Of a DNA stretch of 64,000 nt, positions 8,013-17,300 are shown one piece after another. The notes under the pieces are model-generated. The model saw nothing but the letters and a program-made list of their open reading frames with translations, did no database searches and was not told where the DNA came from. Each line of letters opens with the position of its first letter. Position 1 is the stretch's first letter. Source of the stretch: Ferrimicrobium sp. (GTDB lineage: Bacteria; Actinomycetota; Acidimicrobiia; Acidimicrobiales; Acidimicrobiaceae); the NCBI RefSeq assembly GCF_027319265.1, contig NZ_DAHVNP010000049.1:11558-75557 (forward strand). Direction: 5' to 3'. The position numbers and the translations under genes were made by a program.

Positions 8013-10636
8013 CAACCCACCTCCGGATCCATCAGCACTTCGATAGCGGGTGCTGATCCCTCTTCTTGCAACGCAATACTTCGCACAACTCCGGCCGCTG
8101 CAAGATCTCCGAGCGCGGCACCAAGGGAGCGAAGCCGATCCCCGGTATCACGAATCACCACCCGCTCCACCGGCGTCTTGGGCGAAACCTTGTGTTCACT
8201 CTTGATCTTTCGCACCTCCGTCAAGACCTCCTGGGTGGCGCGAAAGACATCCACTGCAGCCTCTCCCTGTACCGCCGCGGAGCCTTCCATAAGCCTGCGC
8301 AGCCCCTCGCCCCGCTGAGGCCAGGCATTACGATGGATGGACTCATCGTGTGACCACGACCACGCCTCCTCAGTCACGAAGGGCTGGTACGGGGCCAAGG
8401 CTCGCAACAAGAGCTCGTTCGCGATTCGAAGCGTCGCCAACGCCGATGCCCTACCTGCCTCCGACAGGGTCACGAGAGGCAGTACAACCTCTGTCGGATC
8501 ACCGTAGGCACGGACCTTGACGAGCTCAAGATAGTCATCGCAGAACTCCCAGAAACAACGCTCAATCGTCTCAAGCGCCCCGGTGTAATCGTTCTGTTCG
8601 AGGCGAACGGTAGCGTCATTGAGTGCCTCGTCCAACACCGCCAGAAAGCTGAGATCGAGCGGGTGCGGAGCGACCATCTCTGGTGGACTCTCGACCCGCG
8701 CGAGGGTACCGAGCACAAACTTGGTCGCGTTGGCGATCTTGATCGCCAGACGACGACCGATTTTCATCTGTCCTTCATCGGCCGCGGTATCGACCCCAGG
8801 CCTGCCCCCTGCCGCCCAGTAGCGCAACGCATCTGACCCAAAACGTTCAACAAGGGGGAGGGGTGTGACCACATTACCCTTGGACTTGGACATCTTCTTA
8901 CGATCGGGGTCGAGCACAAACCCCGATATCAGCGCGCGCTTAAAGGGTAATGCGCCAAAGCCAAGTTCACTACGCACGATCGTATAGAACAGCCAGGTAC
9001 GAATAATCTCCTGCCCTTGGGGCCGTAGATCCATCGGGAAGACCTTCGCGAATCGTTCAGGCTGTTCAAGCCAGCCCCCCGCCAGCTGGGGGCTCAAACT
9101 CGAGGTCGCCCAGGTATCCATCACGTCAGGATCGGCAGCAAATCCGCCTGGCTGGTTCCGCTGGCTCTCCTGGAACCCAAGAGGAGTCTGGCTATGCGGA
9201 TCGATGGGGAGATCCTCCATCGCTGGGAGGATCGGCCGATCGTAGTCAATCTCGCCAGCTGCATCGATCGGATACCAGATAGGGATTGGGATCCCAAAGA
9301 ATCGCTGCCTCGAGAGATTCCAATCCGCATTAAGACCTCGCACCCAATTCTCGTAGCGAACTCGCATGTGCGGTGGGAGCCAGTCCAGCTCCTCTCCCCG
9401 AGCGATAAAGGCATCACGATGTGACAGGAGCCGCAAGAACCACTGACGCGAGGCGACAACCTCCAGTGGCCGATCACCCTTCTCGTAGAATTTGACGGCA
9501 TGCTGGACATTGGTCGGCGTTCCTAGAAGCTCTCCCGATTCCAAGAGCAGCTCAGTGACGCGCTCGCGTGCAGCAACACTGCGTCGTCGAGCCAGCTCGC
9601 CGTAGAGGGCATTGGCACGCTCAGGGTCCTCCGAAGGGAATTGATCAGAACCAAAGACGATACCGTCGAGAAGACGTCCGTCGCGCCCCATAATCACTCG
9701 CAGCGGAAGTTGTCCCTCACGCCACCAGGTGACGTCCGTGAGGTCACCAAAGGTGCACACCATCGCCGCGCCAGTTCCCTTCTCGGGATCGGCGAGTGGA
9801 TGCGCAATCACCGTAACCGGGACTCCAAAGAGTGGCGTCAACACCCTCTGTCCCACGAGCGACTGGTACCGCGTATCATCAGGATGCACCACCAAGCCAA
9901 CGCAGGCCGGAAGGAGCTCCGGCCTGGAGGTTTCGATCTCGACTTGCCCACCCCCTACCACTTGGAATCGCACGCGATGATACTTGCCGGCGACGGGACG
10001 ATCCTCGAGTTCTGCCTGCGATACTGCTGTTTGGAAGTCGACATCCCAAAGGGTCGGCGAGGAGTTTTGATAGATCTCGCCCTTTGCGAGCAGCGACAGA
10101 AATGCTGCCTGCGAGACTTTGCGAGATCGTGAGCCGACGGTGGTATAGGTGAGTGACCAATCGACAGAGAGTCCGACTCGGCGCCATAACATCTCGTAGA
10201 CCTGCTCATCGAGTTGGGTGAGTTGTTCACACAGTTCGATAAAGTTAGCCCGGGAGACAGGCCGAAGCACCTTCGCAGTCGAATCGGGTACAAGATCCGG
10301 CTCGTACTGTAGTGAGGGATCACACCGGACGGAGAAGTAGTTTTGCACCCGCCGCTCCGTTGGCACGCCGTTATCATCCCACCCCACAGGGTAGAAGACC
10401 TCATGCCCCTGCATGCGTTGATAACGAGCGATGATGTCCGCATGGGTGTAGGAAAACACATGGCCAATATGCAACGAACCACTCACCGTTGGAGGAGGAG
10501 TGTCGATTGAGTAGATGGCCTGGGCGGGAACGCTGTCATCAAAGCGGTAGACCTCGCGCTCCTCCCAGATAGTAGACCATTTTTGTTCTAGCCCATCAAG
10601 GGTGACCTTGTCGGGGACGCTGATCACAGCAACCAA
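8012..10636 (-). CDS. valS: Valine--tRNA ligase
   Basis: 874 aa. HIGH-type motif is PPPTVSGSLHIGHV and KMSKS is KKMSKSKGNVV. Editing-domain and anticodon-binding regions are colinear with ValRS. Confidence 0.95.
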   Translation of the reverse strand: MVAVISVPDKVTLDGLEQKWSTIWEEREVYRFDDSVPAQAIYSIDTPPPTVSGSLHIGHVFSYTHADIIARYQRMQGHEVFYPVGWDDNGVPTERRVQNYFSVRCDPSLQYEPDLVPDSTAKVLRPVSRANFIELCEQLTQLDEQVYEMLWRRVGLSVDWSLTYTTVGSRSRKVSQAAFLSLLAKGEIYQNSSPTLWDVDFQTAVSQAELEDRPVAGKYHRVRFQVVGGGQVEIETSRPELLPACVGLVVHPDDTRYQSLVGQRVLTPLFGVPVTVIAHPLADPEKGTGAAMVCTFGDLTDVTWWREGQLPLRVIMGRDGRLLDGIVFGSDQFPSEDPERANALYGELARRRSVAARERVTELLLESGELLGTPTNVQHAVKFYEKGDRPLEVVASRQWFLRLLSHRDAFIARGEELDWLPPHMRVRYENWVRGLNADWNLSRQRFFGIPIPIWYPIDAAGEIDYDRPILPAMEDLPIDPHSQTPLGFQESQRNQPGGFAADPDVMDTWATSSLSPQLAGGWLEQPERFAKVFPMDLRPQGQEIIRTWLFYTIVRSELGFGALPFKRALISGFVLDPDRKKMSKSKGNVVTPLPLVERFGSDALRYWAAGGRPGVDTAADEGQMKIGRRLAIKIANATKFVLGTLARVESPPEMVAPHPLDLSFLAVLDEALNDATVRLEQNDYTGALETIERCFWEFCDDYLELVKVRAYGDPTEVVLPLVTLSEAGRASALATLRIANELLLRALAPYQPFVTEEAWSWSHDESIHRNAWPQRGEGLRRLMEGSAAVQGEAAVDVFRATQEVLTEVRKIKSEHKVSPKTPVERVVIRDTGDRLRSLGAALGDLAAAGVVRSIALQEEGSAPAIEVLMDPEVG

Positions 10637-10705
10637 CTCCTCTCGCGGCTTGTGCGCCGTGACTTCACTCCCGCCGCGAGTAGCGGCTCGTATACTGAAA
10701 GAGCG

Positions 10706-12100
10706 ATGACCACACTCTTTGACACCATGACCGGATCAGTTACCCAGCTTATCAACCCGGGTCAGGAGACCTTCTCCCTCTACGTCTGCGGCCCTACGGT
10801 ACAGGACCGCCCCCATCTTGGACATGGTCGTATCGTGGCCACCTATGATCTGCTCCGTCGCCACCTTCAACACAAAGGGTTGCATGTGAACCTCGTCATG
10901 AATGTGACCGATATCGACGACAAGATCATCACACGAGCCGCAGAGGAGTCGACAAGCGCCGAGGAGATTGCCAGCCGCTATGAGGCGATCTGGTGGGAGA
11001 CCATGGACCAACTCGGGGTTGATCGGCCCGACGCCACCCCACACGCCACCGAATGGGTTCAAGCCATGATCGTCAAAATTGCGATGATGATCGATGCCAA
11101 AGCTGCCTATGTGGTCGAAGACGGGGTCTATCTCCGCATCGCGAGCGTCCCCCACTACGGACTCCTCACCAAGCAGGACTTTGACCACCTCCAACCCGGC
11201 AACCGCGTTGAGATCAACCAATCGAAAGAGTCGCCGCTCGACTTCGCGCTCTGGAAGCGAGTAGAGGCACACGAGGTCGGTTTCGCATCACCCTGGGGTT
11301 ATGGCCGCCCAGGATGGCACACCGAATGTGTGACCATGTCGATTGAGCTGCTCGGCACGACCTTTGATCTTCATGGTGGCGGCATGGACCTCATTTTCCC
11401 CCATCATGAGAATGAACTGGCTCAAGCGCAGGTACTCGGTGCACCCTTTGCTCGCCACTGGGCCCACGTCGGCTTCGTGGAGATGAACGGCGAGAAGATG
11501 TCGAAGTCGATCGGCAACACGCTTGATCTCACCGAGGCGGTGAGGGGATTTGGAGGGCGAGCCGTCCGCCTCGCGTACCTGCGCGCATACTATCGCTCAC
11601 CGCTTGAGATGTCTGAAGCCACGCTCAACGATGCGTTAGCATCGCTCAATCGCATTGACAACTTCCTCGAGCGTGGCCCATTCGGTCAGGTCGAAGCCGA
11701 CACCCTCGCCACCTTTGTCGATGCTCTCGACAATGATCTTGACACGCCTACTGCGTTTTCACTCCTCTTCGACCAGGTAAGAGAGGGCAATACCCGCTAC
11801 GACCAACGCCAATCTGGCCCAGCGGCTGATACAGCAGCTACGGTGTACGCCATGCTTGACTGGCTCGGGCTTGCGCCAACGACCGAGGACCTCTTCATCC
11901 CTCCAGAGATTAGCGAAGCTGTCGAAGCTCGGCAACAAGCCAAACAACGTCGTGACTACGCGCAAGCCGATGCGCTCCGTGCGGTCATCGAAGCCGCCGG
12001 CTTCGCCATCTTTGATACGAAAGATGGAACGGAGCTACGCAAGGATCGCCGCCTCGCAACCGACGAGTCTCTCGATGCAACGTCATCGCTTGATAGCTAG
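10706..12100 (+). CDS. cysS: Cysteine--tRNA ligase
   Basis: LYVCGPTVQDRPHLGHGR (HIGH) and KMSKSIGN. Start ATG 10706 (MTTLFDT) is preferred, because the track start 10652 would leave only 15 nt to the divergent valS. Confidence 0.93.
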   Translation: MTTLFDTMTGSVTQLINPGQETFSLYVCGPTVQDRPHLGHGRIVATYDLLRRHLQHKGLHVNLVMNVTDIDDKIITRAAEESTSAEEIASRYEAIWWETMDQLGVDRPDATPHATEWVQAMIVKIAMMIDAKAAYVVEDGVYLRIASVPHYGLLTKQDFDHLQPGNRVEINQSKESPLDFALWKRVEAHEVGFASPWGYGRPGWHTECVTMSIELLGTTFDLHGGGMDLIFPHHENELAQAQVLGAPFARHWAHVGFVEMNGEKMSKSIGNTLDLTEAVRGFGGRAVRLAYLRAYYRSPLEMSEATLNDALASLNRIDNFLERGPFGQVEADTLATFVDALDNDLDTPTAFSLLFDQVREGNTRYDQRQSGPAADTAATVYAMLDWLGLAPTTEDLFIPPEISEAVEARQQAKQRRDYAQADALRAVIEAAGFAIFDTKDGTELRKDRRLATDESLDATSSLDS

Positions 12101-12123
12101 ATAGATCAAGGTGGCATGGAGCA

Positions 12124-12145
12124 TATGTTACCGAACGGTAATATA
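12124..12145. promoter_or_regulatory. Near-perfect 22-bp palindrome (core TTACCGAACGGTAA) overlapping a -10-like TAATAT upstream of the acyl-CoA dehydrogenase gene
   Basis: The sequence is tatgttaccgaacggtaatata; the arms match except for one position. An AGGAGG RBS follows at 12156-12161. This resembles a TetR/FadR-style operator. Confidence 0.4.
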
Positions 12146-12165
12146 CTGAAAAGATAGGAGGAATT

Positions 12166-13380
12166 ATGGATCCATACTCGCTTTCACTGACAGAGGACCA
12201 GATCGAGCTACAACAATGGGCGCACGATTTTGCCGAGAAGACGATCCGGCCAGCGGCTCACGAGTGGGACGAACGTGAAGAGACACCGTGGCCGATTATC
12301 AAAGAGGCAGCCAAAATCGGCTTATACTCCTATGACTTCCTCGTAAATGCTTACGCCGACAAAACCGGCCTCACACTACCACTCGTCATGGAGGAGCTCG
12401 CGTGGGGCGACGCTGGCATCACGCTCGCCATCTTCGGCTCCACGCTTGCGGTGGCTGGCATTCTCGCAAACGGAACCGCCGAGCAAGCCAACGAATGGAT
12501 TCCCCAATGTTTTGGCAGCGCCGATGATCCCAAACTCGCCGCTTTTGGCGTCACCGAACCGGATGCGGGGAGTGACGTCTCATCGCTACGGACGCGAGCG
12601 GTCTATAACGAAGCCGACGACACATGGACCCTCAATGGAACCAAAACCTGGATCACCAATGGCGGGATCGCCGATATCCACGTCATCGTAGCGAGTGTCG
12701 ATCCTGAACTCGGATCGCGGGGCCAAGCAAGCTTCATCATCCCCCCTGGCACGAGTGGGCTTCGCATGGGGCAAAAGTTCAAGAAAATGGGCATCAGGGC
12801 ATCGCATACTGCGGAGGTTGTCCTTGAAGACGTTACCATCCCCAGTCACCTGCTGCTCGGCGGCAAGGATCGACTTGATGAACGTCTGGCCCGCGTTAGA
12901 GAAGGGAAGCGTGCCTCGTCGCAGGCAGCGATGGCGACCTTTGAGGCCTCCCGTCCCCTTGTTGGGGCCCAAGCGCTTGGCATCGCTCGAGCGGCCTATG
13001 AGTATGCGCTCGACTATGCCCGTGAGCGTCGCCAATTCGGACGAGCAATCATCGAAAACCAAGCGATCGCTTTCAAGCTCGCCGACATGGCCACGCAGAT
13101 CGACGCGGCCCGACTACTTGTCCATCGTGCCGCATGGATGGCCGCTCAGGGCCACTCTTTCTCTCACGGGGAGGGGTCGATGTCAAAGCTCTTTGCTGGC
13201 GAAGTTGCCGTCAAAGCGACCGAAGAGGCGATCCAAATCCTTGGCGGGTATGGGTACGTTCGGGAGTACCCAGTGGAGCGCTGGCACCGAGACTCCAAGA
13301 TCTATACAATCTTTGAGGGGACCTCTGAGATTCAAAGGCTGATCGTTGCGCGGGCTATCTCAGGAGTCAAACTTCGCTGA
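12166..13380 (+). CDS. Acyl-CoA dehydrogenase
   Basis: 404 aa with GVTEPDAGSD, WITNGG, and C-terminal QILGGYGY and IYTIFEGTSEIQR motifs. Confidence 0.9.
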   Translation: MDPYSLSLTEDQIELQQWAHDFAEKTIRPAAHEWDEREETPWPIIKEAAKIGLYSYDFLVNAYADKTGLTLPLVMEELAWGDAGITLAIFGSTLAVAGILANGTAEQANEWIPQCFGSADDPKLAAFGVTEPDAGSDVSSLRTRAVYNEADDTWTLNGTKTWITNGGIADIHVIVASVDPELGSRGQASFIIPPGTSGLRMGQKFKKMGIRASHTAEVVLEDVTIPSHLLLGGKDRLDERLARVREGKRASSQAAMATFEASRPLVGAQALGIARAAYEYALDYARERRQFGRAIIENQAIAFKLADMATQIDAARLLVHRAAWMAAQGHSFSHGEGSMSKLFAGEVAVKATEEAIQILGGYGYVREYPVERWHRDSKIYTIFEGTSEIQRLIVARAISGVKLR

Positions 13381-13391
13381 GTGACTGGTCC

Positions 13392-13811
13392 TCAGATAAG
13401 ATGTCGGTGCCTTGCCACCCATCGGTAACACCGATCCGCAGCCGCATACCTACGGGGACCGCGGAGCCAGGCGCCGATCAGTCTGCCCCCCGCACCCGAG
13501 AGCTGGAGCCACTCGATAACGGCATCGATGCCGACGAACTCGTGACCGTCAATTGTGAGGACGACGCCACTACCATGAATAACTGACGCCTGATCAGAAC
13601 GCACTTCGATTGCTGGCGCAAGGCGACAGGCGATAGCTCCGCTGGCCCGACAGAGTCGACAGGTGCCATCGATCGAGAGGGTCGGTTGCTGAGATTTCTG
13701 GGGTAGCGTCCTTTCGTGGCGACTCTCACCAGGACGATCAGACTTACGAGCAAAAGCACCCACCCATCTGGCGGGTTGTCCTGTGAGCCATCCGAAGGGC
13801 TTGGGTTGCAT
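13392..13811 (-). CDS. Thiol-disulfide oxidoreductase DCC family (DUF393) protein
   Basis: DGTCRLC (CxxC) near the N-terminus and a C-terminal YRWVARHR motif. The true start may be the internal GTG at 13763. Confidence 0.7.
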   Translation of the reverse strand: MQPKPFGWLTGQPARWVGAFARKSDRPGESRHERTLPQKSQQPTLSIDGTCRLCRASGAIACRLAPAIEVRSDQASVIHGSGVVLTIDGHEFVGIDAVIEWLQLSGAGGRLIGAWLRGPRRYAAADRCYRWVARHRHLI

Positions 13812-13918
13812 GTGCTCAGGCTAGCGGTATTTCGTAGCGATCATGGTGAACTCTCCGTTGACCTCGCCCGTAGCGACCGCGGGCAGCCTGCACAATCCTC
13901 TCTCCGTGTGCGATCCCC

Positions 13919-15007
13919 ATGCCCGGGTACGACATGCAACCTCATTCGTCGTCCCAACTCCCTACCCGCGCCTCACTACACTCAAAGGTTGTGAGCCACG
14001 CTCGATGGAATCTACTTCGCACCACCGCAATCCTGTGGGGCAGCCTGCTCCTCGCCGCTAGCTTGATCTGGCTTGACTTTGGTACGGTATCTGAGGTCGC
14101 CATCGGCCCAGGGGGTCTCGTCAATCTATCCCAAGCTGTTGGTTTGGATCATCACCATCCCCGTCATCTAGCCCTGTTCGATGCACAGCTTTCCGTCACT
14201 ACGCTCACCCCACTCCAGCTTGTCATCGATCACCTCAATCCCAATCTGGAGTTCATCACTCCCCTGCGCAATCAAAAGACACCCTTAGACGACGCCGCCT
14301 CTAGCAACCTCCAGGCGGTGCTATCCGCTGGAGTCGCGGCCTACCGGTATCTCGGGCTACCGATTACCGACACTCACGGGCTCATCGTCCGCGACATCCT
14401 CCCACATTCTCCAGCTCAGGGCGTCATTCGCCTTGGTGACCTCATCACCGCCGTCAACGGACTGAGGGTCTCGAATCTATTGAACTTTGAGACAGCATTG
14501 ACCTCGAAACCGCATAGTCCGACTGTTACACTTGTGCTCGAACGCCAACAAGTGGGCGCCCCAGCACCCAGGCGCAGCCAAGTGCGGGTGCCCTTTAACG
14601 AAGGGAAGTTGGGGATTGTCATTGCCGCTGGCAGCCTCTACGAGCTCCCAAACGCACTCCGGTTAGAAATCCCTCGGGCGCTCGACGGTAGTGAAGGACT
14701 CGCAGAAGCTCTCGCGATCATCGATAGCGTCCGCCATCTCCACCTCAACTACCCTCTTGCCGTGGGTCTCATTGGCGTCGTCAAACCTGACGGAGCAATA
14801 CAGCCAGTGTTTGGGATCGCACAAAGAGTCGCGGCCATGCGGGCTGGGCATCTACGCTATGTACTTGTGCCATCAGTACAGCGCCAGAGTGCCCAGCGGG
14901 CTTCACACGGAACGATCGACGTGATCGGTGTAACCTTTCTCTCTCAGGCGGTACGAGAGGTTGAGCGGCTCGGAAGGGCAATCACTCCAAAGGAAGTAGT
15001 CCGATAG
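13919..15007 (+). CDS. Membrane-anchored PDZ domain / Lon-like (S16) C-terminal domain protein
   Basis: N-terminal TM helix (ILWGSLLLAASLIWL) and PDZ domain (ILPHSPAQGVIRLGDLITAVNG). The S16-like region has DGSEGLAEALAIID and GIAQRVAAMRAGHLRYVLVP. Confidence 0.75.
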   Translation: MPGYDMQPHSSSQLPTRASLHSKVVSHARWNLLRTTAILWGSLLLAASLIWLDFGTVSEVAIGPGGLVNLSQAVGLDHHHPRHLALFDAQLSVTTLTPLQLVIDHLNPNLEFITPLRNQKTPLDDAASSNLQAVLSAGVAAYRYLGLPITDTHGLIVRDILPHSPAQGVIRLGDLITAVNGLRVSNLLNFETALTSKPHSPTVTLVLERQQVGAPAPRRSQVRVPFNEGKLGIVIAAGSLYELPNALRLEIPRALDGSEGLAEALAIIDSVRHLHLNYPLAVGLIGVVKPDGAIQPVFGIAQRVAAMRAGHLRYVLVPSVQRQSAQRASHGTIDVIGVTFLSQAVREVERLGRAITPKEVVR

Positions 15008-15016
15008 GAGGCGAGA

Positions 15017-17290
15017 ATGTGGCGGCCAGAGACTAACGATACACACGAGAGCTTCAACATCGTCAGAAAAGGTTACGACCGCGAAGCGGTTGATCGTCTG
15101 CTCGCTGCGCTGCGTCAAGAGCTATCGCAAGCCTCAGAGAGAATCGCCAAGTTAGAGGTCGAACTCTCCCAAGCGCGACAGGCTCATGAAACGCTGCGCG
15201 AGGATACGCGTCTCGCGCTCTCCGACCCAGAGCGGGCCAGCAAGTTGCTCGGCCAGGAGGCCTCTGAGGTGCTCAAAAGTGCTAACGATGCCGCACTCGG
15301 ACTCCGACGTAAGGCGGAGTCCACGGCGAAGGATCTCGTGGAACGGGCACGGCGTGAGGCAGAAGAGATTACCAGACAGGCCAAGTTAGCTGCCGAAAGC
15401 GAGATCGAGGAGGGGCGTCAAGTTGCTCGTGCCCATCTCGAGGAGGTACGACAGCAAGGACGTGAGATCCTTGCTATGGCTGACTCCACGGCGGCGAGCA
15501 CGGTAGAGGCGGCAAAGCGCGAGGGGCGTTCCTTGGTATTTCGTGCTCGCGAACATGCGGCCAACTTAACCCAGCAGGCCGAAAACCGTGCTGCTCAGGT
15601 TCGGGAGGAGATCTCTGGTCTCGACCTTGAGCGCCAACACCTGATCGGGATCCTCCGAGGCGCACAGGATCTGGTTCGTTCATCACTCGCTTCGCTCGAC
15701 ACGCGACCGCTCTTCCCTGAACACGCTGCCACCGAGGTCCCCACGGGAGAGAACGAGCACGACACCACGCCAACGAGTGAAGAACCAGGGATCGTTGACG
15801 TCAAGCTTCGTGATCTGCCAACCGCAGAATCCGTTGACGGGGATGCGCTCAACCACGTCACCAAACCAACAGAAAACGCGGATACCACCCCCGTTGAGGC
15901 GGGTGTCGATACCACGCAAGCTGCGTTGACACTCGCTGATGTTACCAAGCTCATCGAGCTCGCTGCCGAGCAGACGGCGGCATTTGAACTCGACGACGAG
16001 GAGGATTACCTGATCGACCGCGTGGTCGATGACCGTGTGATCGAGGAACCTAGCACTCTGCACTCTGACGATCAGGGTACAGAGACAACGGAATCCCCTT
16101 CGAGTGACCTCCGTGAGTCAAAGGACATTCGAGAGTCAAAGAGCAGTGAGGTCGCAGCACAAGAACCCCAAGTCTCTGTACAAGAACCCTCGACGTCCGA
16201 GGACGATCATCCAACTCCGCTTCATGAGATCGGTGAGGCCGATGCCAGCTCCACTGATGCCGCCTTCACCCCGTCGGGTGTGTCCGACACAGGAGCGGGA
16301 CAAGAACCTCCAGAGCTCCATGATGCAACGGAGTTCGAGGATGAAATCATCGTCGTGGAGCGGTATCGTCAACCACGCCCTGAGGCCACGACACCAGACA
16401 ACTCCAAGTCTCGTCTGCAACGTCTCGAGGCACTCTTTAGCGAACTCCGCGAAGAGGACGCTGACCACAGTATGGCCACTTCGCGAACCGTGAGCCAACC
16501 GAGTCCCGTTCCAGCGGCGACGTCTGACGACTCTGACGCCGCAGTGCCGGACGACTCCGTGGTCGACCCCTTACCCGAGAGTGCCCAGAATCTCCATGAC
16601 TCCGAGACCGACCATCTAGCTCAGAAAATTCGAGGTGCGCTCAAGGATCTTTTCGACCCCCGTACGGTTGACCTTTCGCGACGGATAAAGCGAATCACCC
16701 AGGATGATCTCAACAAAATTCTGGCGACGCTTCGTTCCAGCGGGCGCGATAGCGCTATCTCTCTCATCGACCAGATCATCAACGACAGCCAAACGCGAGC
16801 CGGAGATGTGCGCCTACTCGTGGCTCGTATCCTGCATGCCGGATCTGACTTCGGCGCCCTCCTCGGAGACCAGCGCTTCGATCCCTCAGGTCAGCGCTTT
16901 GACGAGCTATCGCAAGAGATGGCGATCGATCTTACCGACGCCCTCGGACAGGCGACCCTGGTGCGCGCGCTTGAAATACTCGAGCGCAGCTCCGAGCTGG
17001 ACGAGATGGAGCTCGTCGCTCGCACGAACGGGGTCTACCGTGAAGCTCGACGCAAGCTTGACGAACTCATCAGCGACAATGCCTATCAGATTTTCTGTCG
17101 TGGTGTTCGCCTCGTTCCGGGGGCAACCGGCTATCTATGGGTCACATCGTCGGCCACGCAACCCTGCGCGGACTGCGAAGACAATATGCTCGCTGGAATC
17201 AATCCCTTAGCTGAAGCGTTCCCTACTGGACATGAGAATCCGCCAGCACACCCCGGCTGCACCTGCGTTATTGTTCCTGTCTTCGCCTAG
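15017..17290 (+). CDS. DivIVA-domain coiled-coil protein with acidic low-complexity linker and C-terminal phage Mu F-like (PF04233-like) Cys/His domain
   Basis: AGGAGG RBS. The N-terminus FNIVRKGYDREAVDRLL is the DivIVA signature, followed by about 200 aa of heptad-rich sequence. The C-terminus LVARTNGVYREA...YLWVTSSATQPCADCEDN...PPAHPGCTCVIVP matches the MuF/SPP1 gp7 motif (D..C..C, then PPxHPxCxC). Confidence 0.75.
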   Translation: MWRPETNDTHESFNIVRKGYDREAVDRLLAALRQELSQASERIAKLEVELSQARQAHETLREDTRLALSDPERASKLLGQEASEVLKSANDAALGLRRKAESTAKDLVERARREAEEITRQAKLAAESEIEEGRQVARAHLEEVRQQGREILAMADSTAASTVEAAKREGRSLVFRAREHAANLTQQAENRAAQVREEISGLDLERQHLIGILRGAQDLVRSSLASLDTRPLFPEHAATEVPTGENEHDTTPTSEEPGIVDVKLRDLPTAESVDGDALNHVTKPTENADTTPVEAGVDTTQAALTLADVTKLIELAAEQTAAFELDDEEDYLIDRVVDDRVIEEPSTLHSDDQGTETTESPSSDLRESKDIRESKSSEVAAQEPQVSVQEPSTSEDDHPTPLHEIGEADASSTDAAFTPSGVSDTGAGQEPPELHDATEFEDEIIVVERYRQPRPEATTPDNSKSRLQRLEALFSELREEDADHSMATSRTVSQPSPVPAATSDDSDAAVPDDSVVDPLPESAQNLHDSETDHLAQKIRGALKDLFDPRTVDLSRRIKRITQDDLNKILATLRSSGRDSAISLIDQIINDSQTRAGDVRLLVARILHAGSDFGALLGDQRFDPSGQRFDELSQEMAIDLTDALGQATLVRALEILERSSELDEMELVARTNGVYREARRKLDELISDNAYQIFCRGVRLVPGATGYLWVTSSATQPCADCEDNMLAGINPLAEAFPTGHENPPAHPGCTCVIVPVFA

Positions 17291-17300
17291 GGTATAGTGG

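Noticed and set aside
10652-10705. Track start (10652) for cysS
   Set aside because: It would leave 15 nt between divergent valS and cysS starts. It also adds a non-conserved Arg/Ser-rich extension. ATG 10706 (MTTLFDT) is preferred.
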